A stretch of 64,000 bases of DNA, from the NCBI RefSeq assembly GCF_025211055.1, contig NZ_JAOARO010000068.1:3095-67094 (forward strand), read 5' to 3'. Below are positions 19,123 to 28,213 of this stretch, one piece after another. Origin of the DNA: Vallitalea sp. (GTDB lineage: Bacteria > Bacillota > Clostridia > Lachnospirales > Vallitaleaceae). How positions within the stretch are numbered: the stretch's first letter is position 1; every line of letters starts with the position of its first letter. The notes beneath the pieces were generated by a model. That model was not told the origin of the DNA and ran no database searches. It was given only the letters and a program-made list of their open reading frames with translations. The position numbers and the translations under genes were made by a program.

Positions 19123-19334
19123 TTGTTTGTCTTAGTACTTGGATATGTTAGTTATTGTGATATTAAGACTAGATTAATACTCGAAAAAGTTCATATTATG
19201 ATTATTTTGCTAGGACTTATTAATATTGATTGAATACCTTCAATTTTATGATTAGTGTTAGTGCCATTACCTTTTTTGGGGGTGGGGTATTTATTAATTA
19301 TGGTAAATTATTAATGTATATATTATGTTTATAG
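19123..19334 (+). pseudogene. fragments resembling an A24-family (prepilin-type) aspartic peptidase
   Basis: Two short ORFs in different frames: 19123-19233 (VLGYVSYCDIKTRLILEKVHIMIILLGLI) and 19248-19334 (AITFFGGGVFINYGKLL). They resemble the two Asp-motif regions of small A24 peptidases but are truncated and shifted. Confidence 0.3.
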
Positions 19335-19823
19335 AAAAATATATAAGTTGAAAGTAAAAAAGGAGATACTATAAAGGGGGATTATTGGCAATGCAATAGG
19401 TATAAAATGATATTATATTTTATAATGAAATTCTGTTGGAGACATAGTTTTTTAATATATAAACTCAAAATGAGCAAATTTCATTGCTTTATTTAGATCT
19501 ATAGTATTATCAAATATCATTTAAGACACCTTCGTAACGATGTTAATGGTCAATAGGTCAACTCATTCTATTCAATATACTGTGAGAAATTCAATATGTT
19601 AATACGTATACATTACTGATATATAATGCGATTATATGCTAAAAGATATAAAACAAGTAGTTTAAAAAGTTGTCTTAAATTAGAGAAAAAACAATACTTA
19701 TCGAATATTAGATAAAAAAGCTTTATTGACAACATTATATTTATAATATAAAATATTAAAGTAATGATTGTAAATATTAAGAATACATATTTATATCGAA
19801 TATAAACACAAAGGAGAGTGCTT

Positions 19824-20033
19824 ATGAAAAGAAATGTATTGATTTTAATTTTATTAATGATTTTTATATTGAATTTTTTTAATGTTAATGCAAAAGAGGA
19901 AGAAAAATATCTTGATAAAAATAACATAAGAATATTAGCTGAATATCATATTAATGAATATCTTGAGAGAGAATTAAATGAAGAAATTATAATTACTGAT
20001 AATGAAATATTATTAGATGATGTAACGATATAA
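19824..20033 (+). CDS. small protein with signal peptide (possibly the N-terminal piece of a disrupted gene)
   Basis: ATG 19824 behind AAAGGAGAG. MKRNVLILILLMIFILNFFNVNA signal-like N-terminus. Stops at 20031; an open frame continues in the +2 frame from 20021. Confidence 0.45.
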   Translation: MKRNVLILILLMIFILNFFNVNAKEEEKYLDKNNIRILAEYHINEYLERELNEEIIITDNEILLDDVTI

Positions 20034-20377
20034 AAAATAAGTTTTTAGAGTATGCTAGAAGCAAGAATGTATACTTATATGCAAGAACATACGACAACCC
20101 ATCATATCTAGATAATATTGATAAAACTTCAAATTTTATTAAAGAAGGATTAAGTATAGACTCTCCAGTAGCAATGATGCAACATGATGACGATGACTTT
20201 ACTGGTGACTTAAATCATTTTAATTGGCATTGGACAACAATAACTAAATATTTTAGAAATAATGATACTGATGATCGTTTTATTGCCATTTCATCATGGG
20301 GAGAAAGGTATTCATTTAATTTAAAATTGCTTGTAGATGCATATCCTAATACATATATTTATTTTAAAAAAGTATAG
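20021..20377 (+). pseudogene. C-terminal lobe of a papain-like cysteine peptidase, lacking the catalytic-Cys N-terminal lobe
   Basis: Open frame without a plausible start until 20174. NHFNWHWTTITKY...RFIAISSWGERYSF resembles the His / (Asn)-Ser-Trp-Gly region of papain-fold peptidases. Confidence 0.3.
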
Positions 20378-20379
20378 AG

Positions 20380-20883
20380 GTGATTTATATAAAAAAACTT
20401 TTATTTATAACATTATTAATAATAATATCACTCATTATAATTAGCAACTTGGCTTATAAGAAGAATAGTGCTCAAAAAATTAAAACAAGTGAATCAGAAA
20501 AATTCACTGAATCATTAGAAGAGTTAATTTATATTGATGAAGTTGAGTTAATCTATCAAATAAATTCTATAACATGTTATCTGGGGGTAAATGATAGCTT
20601 TGATAAAAGCCACCTTAATAATATATTACAAATAGCAAGAGAATTTACCACAATAGAAAATATGGTGGAAATAAGAAAAAAGTATTCAGAATCAAGTCAA
20701 CCACCTAGTGAGTTTACAATAGAAATATATTATGGCAGTATTAAAAAAGATAATATTCCTAATTATCGCTTAAGAACAAGCTATAGCAATCCAATTCATA
20801 CTGAAATATATGATTATAAAATATGGGATATATTTAAAGACGATAAATTAATTGACTTAGATAATCAAGAGAATGAGAAGTAG
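20380..20883 (+). CDS. hypothetical membrane-anchored protein
   Basis: GTG start. N-terminal TM helix LLFITLLIIISLIIISNL. No domain recognised. Confidence 0.45.
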   Translation: MIYIKKLLFITLLIIISLIIISNLAYKKNSAQKIKTSESEKFTESLEELIYIDEVELIYQINSITCYLGVNDSFDKSHLNNILQIAREFTTIENMVEIRKKYSESSQPPSEFTIEIYYGSIKKDNIPNYRLRTSYSNPIHTEIYDYKIWDIFKDDKLIDLDNQENEK

Positions 20884-21190
20884 GTATTAATGAAGTTCAA
20901 TAAAACAATATAAAACTGGGAAATTATATCTTTAAAAAAGAAATCATTGTCACCTTCAAGAGTATATATTGATATATAAAGAGAATGCTTAATTAGAGTA
21001 AATAGATATTAATTGTTTATAATAAAACTAATTATGATCAATTCTTAGAAATGATTTTTCCAGAGTATCTCATGTTATAGGTCAAAAGATGTCATAATGC
21101 TATCTACAGATAGAATTACTCCCTAAATGACGACAATTATTAACTAAAATTATATGTGAAAAAGTAACTTAAGTAACAAATAGATATGTA

Positions 21191-21219
21191 AAAAGATCTT
21201 CATATTTGAAGATCTTTTT
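21191..21219. terminator. bidirectional hairpin terminator
   Basis: 12-bp perfect stem AAAAGATCTTCA (21191-21202) / TGAAGATCTTTT (21207-21218). A-run and T-run on either side allow function on both strands. Confidence 0.6.
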
Positions 21220-21463
21220 GTATGTCTATTTTAGAATTTCTTAATATATCTTATATTTTGGGGGTAATCCTATGTGTACTTATGTAATACAGATTGGAAA
21301 TTAACTGTAAATAAAAGGGAATTGGACAAATGGATTGATATAAATTCTGGTAACTGGTAATTGACGAAATATTAAAATCTGAGTTATAAAAATCAAGCCA
21401 TTTGTGCTAATACTAAAAATCACTACATATCAATTTATGAAAAATATTTCACCATCCTACCAA

Positions 21464-22996
21464 TTACCTCTTTTTCCTATTTAAAATAAAATTAACCTCA
21501 GTAATATTAACACTTCCTGTCAATAGGAGAAGAGGGATACATATTATCATGAATAAACAAATATTAATTAAGGTATTTACCAATAATGAAAATGGTAAAG
21601 TAATGTATTTGCCTAGTAAATCTATTAATAAAACGGATGCTAAGCAAACTAAAATTGGTTTGACCAACCAATTACCTACTTTGAAATTAATTGAGGTTAT
21701 TCGTACAAGATGTATAATATTAAGTGTAGAAACTATAACAAAACTACATAGTAAACCCCATAGATATCCCTTTAATCCGTACATGGGAATCAATATAAAA
21801 ATAAAAGCGATTCTAATACTAAGACCTATTACATTATTTCGAAAAACAATTAATTGCTTATTAAGTCCATTCAAGATACTTCCTAGAGTGGTTTGCAGAT
21901 AAATAAATGGACATAACCAAGCTAGTATAGTTAATAAAACTCCTACATATTCTTCTTTATATACTATAACTCCCAATGTTTTACCAAAAGACAAAAATAA
22001 AAATGTACTTAATATTCCAATAAGAATAGTAAATTTCATTGTTTTAGTTGTAGTGAAGTTGATCATTGATTTATTTTTGTTAGCAGAAGCTGCTGATACC
22101 GTTGGTAATAACATAAGGGATATGGAGTTAGTAAACACACTAGGAAATAGGATCAGTGGTAGAGCCATACCAGTTAAAATACCATATATACCTAAAGCAC
22201 TAGAATGAGATAAGCCGAATAATTGTAATTGTGTTGGAATAAGAATAGTCTCAATACTAGTCAATATAGTGGTAATCAATCTATTGGAAGTGATTGGTAC
22301 TGCAATGGCTGATATTTTTTTTAATATTATAAAATAACTTTGAGGTGAACTTGACCTTTCCTTCAATGAATTGAATTTATAAGCTACTACTACTATTACA
22401 AAAGAAACTATTTCTCCACCTACCATCCCGATTATAGCCATGGCACAAGCATAAGTAAGTCCTTTTGGTACAAATAATGATGATAAGAAGTATATTATTG
22501 TTATTCTAGTTATTTGTTCTATAATCTGAGAAACAGCAGGTACAGTAGGATATTTCAGCCCGTAGAAATAGCCTTTGATACATGATATTATTGCGGTAAA
22601 TGGTATTGATATTGCCATAATTTTGATTGCTAGGGCTGTTCGTGGTTCATTGATTAATTTGCTACTAATTAATTCAGCGTTAAAAATAAGTACTAACATC
22701 AAGATAACAGCTAAAGTAAAAGCTATGATTGAAGATGTACGAATAATCCTTTTTAGATTAGAATAATTGTTTTTGGCTTTTTCCTCAGCAACAAGTTTTG
22801 AAACAGCGGTAAAGATACCTGAACAACATATAGTATAGCATATCATATATATAGGAAACACAAGTTGGTAGAGCCCCATACCTTCAGCACCAATTAAATT
22901 ACTTAAATATATTCTATTAGCGAATCCTAATATTCTAGTAATTAGTGCAGCTACAGTCAATATTATGGTTCCTTTTATTACTGAACTTCTTTTCAT
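21464..22996 (-). CDS. spoVB: stage V sporulation protein B / MOP-superfamily (MurJ-like) flippase
   Basis: N-terminus MKRSSVIKGTIILTVAALITRILGFANRIYLSNLIGAEGMGLYQLVFPIY...SKLVAEE is typical of SpoVB. About 14 TM helices. ORF opens with TTG at 23026; ATG 22996 preferred. Confidence 0.8.
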   Translation of the reverse strand: MKRSSVIKGTIILTVAALITRILGFANRIYLSNLIGAEGMGLYQLVFPIYMICYTICCSGIFTAVSKLVAEEKAKNNYSNLKRIIRTSSIIAFTLAVILMLVLIFNAELISSKLINEPRTALAIKIMAISIPFTAIISCIKGYFYGLKYPTVPAVSQIIEQITRITIIYFLSSLFVPKGLTYACAMAIIGMVGGEIVSFVIVVVAYKFNSLKERSSSPQSYFIILKKISAIAVPITSNRLITTILTSIETILIPTQLQLFGLSHSSALGIYGILTGMALPLILFPSVFTNSISLMLLPTVSAASANKNKSMINFTTTKTMKFTILIGILSTFLFLSFGKTLGVIVYKEEYVGVLLTILAWLCPFIYLQTTLGSILNGLNKQLIVFRNNVIGLSIRIAFIFILIPMYGLKGYLWGLLCSFVIVSTLNIIHLVRITSINFKVGNWLVKPILVCLASVLLIDLLGKYITLPFSLLVNTLINICLFMIICIPLLLLTGSVNITEVNFILNRKKR

Positions 22997-23187
22997 TTTT
23001 CTTTCAATCCTTTCATTATGTAACAATAATATAGCTAATTAATTCCTTTATAATCTATTTGTACTTATAATGGAGATTGACCTAAGTAAGTAGCCTAAAG
23101 TAATATATTCTTTAATGCTTTTCCATATTCATTTAATTTGGTATAATTAACACTAAGTATTTAGTGAAATACAGGGAGGAGGATATA

Positions 23188-23634
23188 ATGAGATATTTTA
23201 TTATTACACCATTATGTTTTTTGATTGACCAGATATGTAAGATTAATGCAGTAAATAAGATGAATAATACAACTTGTAAGCCAATACTTAAGAATAATAT
23301 ACTATTGAAGCTTAATTATAATGAAGGTGCTTTTCTAGGATTTCTTAAGAATAAAAAGGGGTTTTTACTATTGATTAATATTCTCTCGGTAATAATATTG
23401 ATCTGTCTTAGTGTAACTTATGCTATTATGAAGGGTAACAATATACTAACTATAGGATTAGCTTTCTTGACAGGGGGAGCACTCAGCAATGTTTTTGATA
23501 GAATACGTATCAAAAAAGTTATTGACTATTTTTCTTTTAAGTGGAAACCAGATTTGATTTTTAACCTTGCAGATATGTTTGTCTTTTTAGGTTGCATATT
23601 ATTGATTATTAGTGAAGTAAAACCAAGTTCCTAA
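23188..23634 (+). CDS. lspA: lipoprotein signal peptidase II
   Basis: NYNEGAFLGF, GGALSNVFDR and FNLADMF motifs (both catalytic Asp present). ATG 23188 follows GGGAGGAGG; the track start at 23164 is a GTG. Confidence 0.85.
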   Translation: MRYFIITPLCFLIDQICKINAVNKMNNTTCKPILKNNILLKLNYNEGAFLGFLKNKKGFLLLINILSVIILICLSVTYAIMKGNNILTIGLAFLTGGALSNVFDRIRIKKVIDYFSFKWKPDLIFNLADMFVFLGCILLIISEVKPSS

Positions 23635-23662
23635 TATGATATTAATACTATTATGGTAGAAT

Positions 23663-23699
23663 AAAAACAGTGTATTAATAATTTGATGCACTGTTTTTT
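23663..23699. terminator. bidirectional terminator between lspA and the convergent orphan gene
   Basis: Stem AAAAACAGTG (23663-23672) / CACTGTTTTT (23689-23698), with flanking A and T runs. Confidence 0.65.
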
Positions 23700-23760
23700 A
23701 TTCTTTAACGTTAAGTCATTTCTTATAATTATAGTGGCATCATTATTTGTTTTGAGATAA

Positions 23761-24861
23761 TTATATTTTAGATTCTTTGATATCCTTCAACAAACTAGCC
23801 ATTTCAGATTGGATTTGTGCTGATTTAGCTTCTAGTTTAGCTATCTTGATATCATAAGATTCCACTCTCTTTAGATACATGCTAACTAAATCTTGGTTTT
23901 TTGTTTCGTTGGCTTTATCCAGTTTTTGATTTAAAGTTTCTCTTTTTGCATTAGCTTTATCAATTCGTTTTTGAATTTTATTATATTTCTTAAGTAGTTC
24001 AGCGTATTTTTGCATTTTGCTATTAATATCGCTGAATTCAGATGTTTTTTTATCCATTAATTTCATGAAATCCTTACCAAATTTATCACTCATTTCATCA
24101 GTATTAATAGAATTCTTTAGTTCATTTAACTTATCAATATCATTATTAATTTCATTAGTATATGATAAAATCCTATTCATCAAATCAGAAGATGATATAA
24201 TATCATCAGGTGAATTCTGTATTAGCATATCTCTTAACTTTTTCATTTTATCACTGATTTTATTTGTATAATCAAACATATCAATTGCTTTCGTAAAAGT
24301 ATTATAGGTCTTAAAATCCCCCAGATCCATAGTACCTATCTTATTACTTATATACGTGTCTAATTGTAGTTTTGAGCCATCTACAAAATAATCTTTTGTG
24401 GCATTTGCAATTTTAGAGAAAAGATCGCTAAAAGATTCTTTATCTAATGAGCATTCCATATCGCTGTTAGAAAAACATTTTTTAATTTTATTAAACATTC
24501 TATTACATTCATCACCTACAGCTTTTTGAAAGGCTGAGTCTAATTTATCCAAATATGCTGTACGTTTATTCTCTGGAGCATTATCCATGATTTTGTTGTA
24601 TACTTCAGCGTATTTCTTACCATATTCTTTGATGATACCATTAGTAGTATAAAGTTTATTAGATTCCATATTATCAGAAATTTTGTTAAATGCACCTTCA
24701 TCAAAATATTTATTTACAGCATCTTCAGATATATTAATAGTTGCACTAATATTATTTTTATCATTTTGATCAGATGCATATTTTTTATTTATTAGATGTA
24801 TGTTTTTCAGTGGGTTAGTAATAATATTATTTGTTCCTAAGTCGTTATAGTGAATTTTCAA
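23761..24861 (-). CDS. hypothetical 366-aa soluble protein with a C-terminal coiled coil
   Basis: TTG start 7 nt after GGGGGG SD (reverse strand). No TM or signal peptide. The last ~110 aa form a Lys/Glu-rich heptad-like region (KYAELLKKYNKIQKRIDKANAKRETLNQKLDKANE...). No family recognised. Confidence 0.65.
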   Translation of the reverse strand: MKIHYNDLGTNNIITNPLKNIHLINKKYASDQNDKNNISATINISEDAVNKYFDEGAFNKISDNMESNKLYTTNGIIKEYGKKYAEVYNKIMDNAPENKRTAYLDKLDSAFQKAVGDECNRMFNKIKKCFSNSDMECSLDKESFSDLFSKIANATKDYFVDGSKLQLDTYISNKIGTMDLGDFKTYNTFTKAIDMFDYTNKISDKMKKLRDMLIQNSPDDIISSSDLMNRILSYTNEINNDIDKLNELKNSINTDEMSDKFGKDFMKLMDKKTSEFSDINSKMQKYAELLKKYNKIQKRIDKANAKRETLNQKLDKANETKNQDLVSMYLKRVESYDIKIAKLEAKSAQIQSEMASLLKDIKESKI

Positions 24862-25039
24862 TTAAATTCCCCCCTTATTATTATAATTTTTATAAATGTT
24901 ATAATTTAATTTAATATTACCTATACCATATATCGGCATGTTTTTATAAAAGTTAATTAATTTTTTAAGACAATTATTATAGCTTGATTTATGAATAATT
25001 GAAATCATAATAGAGAAAATAATAATAAGGAGGGATGAG

Positions 25040-25243
25040 ATGGGTAAAATTAAAAGAAGAGATTTCAAATTCTATCACAACAGTATTATAACTAGAAATA
25101 TTCTTGAAAATTCATTTAATTATGAAATAGGTACAATGCTACCTGAAAAATTTATTGAATCTAATAGAGATATAGAAGAGGAATATCTGGATGAAAGCGA
25201 TATAATAAAAAATGACCTTAATGGTAAAAAATTTTTGAATTAA
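25040..25243 (+). CDS. hypothetical small acidic protein (67 aa)
   Basis: ATG 7 nt after AAGGAGGG. Followed by the long hairpin at 25253-25302. Confidence 0.5.
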   Translation: MGKIKRRDFKFYHNSIITRNILENSFNYEIGTMLPEKFIESNRDIEEEYLDESDIIKNDLNGKKFLN

Positions 25244-25252
25244 TACTAAAGG

Positions 25253-25302
25253 GGCTGACGGATAATACATTTTGGAAAATAGACATGTATTATCCGTCAG
25301 CC
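25253..25302. terminator. 18-bp perfect hairpin between convergent genes (no U-tract)
   Basis: GGCTGACGGATAATACAT (25253-25270) / ATGTATTATCCGTCAGCC (25285-25302), 14-nt loop. GC-richer than its surroundings. Confidence 0.55.
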
Positions 25303-25314
25303 TAAGTAAACTAA

Positions 25315-26166
25315 TCAGTATTGATTGTTTTCAATAGGTATTAGGTATACAATCATAGTGACGATTACAAATATTAAGGTAGTCAAAATTCCCCCTTCTA
25401 AACCAAAATCTCCACCTGTTAAGAGGTTATCATGAATTATCCTAATGGGATATACAGAATCCCACAATGTGGAACCACTAACATTAAAACCGAAAAAACC
25501 ACCTTGAAAGAAATTCCATGTAATATGATATCCAATAGCCATTAAAATATTTTTTGTTTTCAAAGTCATATAAGTAAATAAAATTCCTATAAGTACAATA
25601 TTAATAAGACCAACGATACTAACATTAGGATTAAGAAAATGTAATGCTGAAAATATTACTGCTGGAATAATGTAAACTACATATTTGTTGTTATATCTGT
25701 TAAGAGTATGGACTATATAGCCTCTAACCAATAATTCTTCATCAATTCCAACTAGGATAAATATTATCAATACATAGATAATATTAGAAGAAAAAATTGG
25801 TTTATCAAAACTGTATGTAAGTGTAGCATTATCAGTTGCAAATAATAATAATGCTATAATAGTGATTGATAATGCACCAAGTATCAAACCTATTAATAGG
25901 TGCTTTAATGATTGTTTGGAAAAGATTACTCCAAATTTTCTTGGTGATCTTTTTTCTAGTTTATAGACTAATATAAATGCAATTATTAATGCAATAACAG
26001 ATAGAGATTTGATTAGAATATATACTATATAATAGTTAGTAAAATCTAGTGGATTAAATAATAAAGAAGCTACTTTCTGGAAGGTAAAATAAAATGTAAT
26101 AAAAAGTGTTATTTTGATACCAGAATAAATCTTGTTATGTTTATTCTTAAAAAAATTCATTAGCAT
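25315..26166 (-). CDS. CPBP-family intramembrane glutamic endopeptidase (CAAX protease / Abi-type)
   Basis: Motif 1 EELLVRGY, motif 2 FSALHF, motif 3 HITWNF, set in a 7-8 TM protein. Confidence 0.85.
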   Translation of the reverse strand: MLMNFFKNKHNKIYSGIKITLFITFYFTFQKVASLLFNPLDFTNYYIVYILIKSLSVIALIIAFILVYKLEKRSPRKFGVIFSKQSLKHLLIGLILGALSITIIALLLFATDNATLTYSFDKPIFSSNIIYVLIIFILVGIDEELLVRGYIVHTLNRYNNKYVVYIIPAVIFSALHFLNPNVSIVGLINIVLIGILFTYMTLKTKNILMAIGYHITWNFFQGGFFGFNVSGSTLWDSVYPIRIIHDNLLTGGDFGLEGGILTTLIFVIVTMIVYLIPIENNQY

Positions 26167-26215
26167 TACCCCTTAGATATAATTTTATTAGACTTTTAAG
26201 TAGTTATTTTTTACT

Positions 26216-26584
26216 TTACTCGTATAGTAACTTGATTATTTCAATCAATTCATCAATGCTTAACCCAAGCATTTTACTTTCTTCTATTATTTTACTTAGC
26301 TTATTCTCAATCATTTGCATCCTTTTTTCTCGTATTAGTTCGTCATTTTTAAGCGCAACGTAGAATCCTTTTCCTCTAACTGATTCAACAAAGCCCTCTT
26401 TTTCTAATTCTTCATAAGCACGCTTGGTTGTTATAACACTAATTTGAAGTTCTTTCGCTAGTTTTCGTATAGATGGAAGAGGCTCTGTTTCTTTTAGATC
26501 ACCAGTAATAATATATTTTTTTAATTGATTAGTAATCTGTAGATAGATTGGATCCGAACTAGAGTTTGATATGATTATATTCAA
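26216..26584 (-). CDS. GntR-family transcriptional regulator, short YtrA-like subfamily
   Basis: 122 aa. wHTH PIYLQITNQLKKYIITGDLKETEPLPSIRKLAKELQISVITTKRAYEELEKEGFVESVRGKGFYV with a short C-terminal helical tail. Confidence 0.88.
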   Translation of the reverse strand: MNIIISNSSSDPIYLQITNQLKKYIITGDLKETEPLPSIRKLAKELQISVITTKRAYEELEKEGFVESVRGKGFYVALKNDELIREKRMQMIENKLSKIIEESKMLGLSIDELIEIIKLLYE

Positions 26585-26610
26585 AGTTTAACCTCCTATC
26601 CGTTAATACC

Positions 26611-26631
26611 GTGCATATTATATATATACAC
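26611..26631. promoter_or_regulatory. imperfect palindrome downstream of a TTGACA promoter element; candidate GntR operator
   Basis: GTGCATAT-tatat-ATATACAC (8-bp arms, 1 mismatch) lies between a reverse-strand TTGACA and the GntR SD. Confidence 0.3.
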
Positions 26632-26701
26632 AATAAACATATATATATCATTTGTCAAGAATAAATTATCATTAATCAAAAAAACTAACGTAAAATGAAT
26701 A

Positions 26702-27505
26702 CTATTTTTTTGATTTGATTAGTGCGGTAATTAAATAGGCTACACTTGATAATATTATAATAGTTGCACCAGAAGGTATGTTGAAATAATAAGAGAAGAC
26801 CAGACCCAAGAAGCATAAAATAATACCCATTATTGAAGATAATAATATTATAATGTTAAAATTATATGTAATTAATTTAGATATTGCTGGAGGAACTGTT
26901 AATAGGGTTATTACTAATATGATACCAACTACTTTTATTAAAATAACTATACTTAAGGCTATAAGAATAAATAGAAAGTATTCTAAAAAAGTAGTATTAA
27001 CCCCTTTGCTGCGTAGAAAAACTTCATCAAATAAATAACTTTTTATATAATTAAATAATGCAAATGAACTTATAAGGATAAAGAGGGTCAAAATAACCAT
27101 AAGATAAATATCCTTCACTGAAACGGTTAATATATCTCCAAATAAATAAGTAGTCATATCTGGTGGGTAACCAGGTGTAAGAGATATAAATAGTATCCCA
27201 AGTGCCATACCTAATGACCATAGCATACCTATGATTGTATCGGAAGTAGTATTAGTCTTTCTTTTTATACTGACAATAGCAACTGCTGATATTATTGCAA
27301 ACAAAAGTCCTCCTATTATAGGTTCAAACCCTAATAGAAAACCAAGACCTATACCTCCAAAAGATGCATGGGCGATACCGCCACTCATCATTACTAATTT
27401 TTTTTCTACAACAATTGTTCCAATTATTCCACATACAATACTAGCTAAGATAATACTTACTATAGCATTCTGCATGAAACCATATTTACATATTGCTTCT
27501 AACAT
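26702..27505 (-). CDS. znuB: metal (Zn/Mn-type, ABC-3) ABC transporter permease
   Basis: 8-9 TM ABC-3 permease (AICKYGFMQNAIVSIILASIVCGIIGTIVV, MMSGGIAHASFGGIGLGF). ATG 27505 (MLEAICK) abuts the upstream ATPase stop. Confidence 0.8.
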   Translation of the reverse strand: MLEAICKYGFMQNAIVSIILASIVCGIIGTIVVEKKLVMMSGGIAHASFGGIGLGFLLGFEPIIGGLLFAIISAVAIVSIKRKTNTTSDTIIGMLWSLGMALGILFISLTPGYPPDMTTYLFGDILTVSVKDIYLMVILTLFILISSFALFNYIKSYLFDEVFLRSKGVNTTFLEYFLFILIALSIVILIKVVGIILVITLLTVPPAISKLITYNFNIIILLSSIMGIILCFLGLVFSYYFNIPSGATIIILSSVAYLITALIKSKK

Positions 27506-27507
27506 AA

Positions 27508-28200
27508 CTACTTTCCTTTCGTATAAAATAAATTTTGAAAATGACAAGGATCTATTGTTTCGTCATTGTCATGAACATGCATGGTCTTATTAATACATGC
27601 AAATTTTTTTACATTATGTTTTATCATACCAATGTCGTGGCTAACCATAATTATGGTCATTTCTTTATTCAATGTAGTCAAGATATTATAGATTTCCTCT
27701 TTTGCATCAGTATCTAGACTAGCTGTTGGTTCATCAAGTAATAAAATATCTGGATTGGTTACTAATGCTCTTGCAAGCAATACTTTTTGTAATTGACCAC
27801 CAGATAGTTGATTGATTCTCTTGTTGGCTAGATAATTAATTTTCAACTTATCTATTGCAAATGTAACTTTGCTTCTATCATTTTGTTTATAACGGTAAAA
27901 CAATTTATAATCTGATGGAAGAGTACCACTCAATATCACATCAAATACTGTTATAGGAAAATCCCTGTTAAATGTGGAGAATTGAGGAACGTAACCTATA
28001 ACTACATTTGGTTCTATAACTATTTTGCCTTTATCTGGAGTAATATCACCTATTATGGATTTTAGAAGAGTTGTTTTACCACTTCCATTAGGTCCTATTA
28101 TTCCAATATAATCGTTTTTATTAACTTTTAAGTTTATATTATCCAGTGCTATATAATTATTATAGTAAACGGATAAATTCTTTATTTCTAATAATGCCAT
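27508..28200 (-). CDS. znuC: metal ABC transporter ATP-binding protein
   Basis: Walker A GPNGSGKTT, signature LSGGQLQ, Walker B LLLDEP. ATG 28200 (MALLEIKNL) follows an AAGGTGA SD. Confidence 0.85.
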   Translation of the reverse strand: MALLEIKNLSVYYNNYIALDNINLKVNKNDYIGIIGPNGSGKTTLLKSIIGDITPDKGKIVIEPNVVIGYVPQFSTFNRDFPITVFDVILSGTLPSDYKLFYRYKQNDRSKVTFAIDKLKINYLANKRINQLSGGQLQKVLLARALVTNPDILLLDEPTASLDTDAKEEIYNILTTLNKEMTIIMVSHDIGMIKHNVKKFACINKTMHVHDNDETIDPCHFQNLFYTKGK

Positions 28201-28213
28201 ATTAGTCACCTTA

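Noticed and set aside
19613-19927. 104-aa minus-strand ORF in the decayed region.
   Set aside because: Its composition is extremely Ile/Leu/Phe/Tyr/Lys-rich, it has no SD, and it overlaps the SD and signal peptide of the + strand ORF at 19824. It is most likely a composition artefact.
20890-20913. Mini-ORF MKFNKTI* whose first codons resemble the start of the 11579 gene (MKFNKKLL).
   Set aside because: Only about 5 codons are similar. That is too short to distinguish a paralogue remnant from chance in AT-rich DNA.
24862-25068. 68-aa minus-strand ORF abutting the start of the 366-aa orphan gene.
   Set aside because: It has a TTG start with no SD. Its last codons are simply the GGGGGG SD of the next gene read in frame, and it overlaps the start of the well-signalled + strand ORF at 25040.
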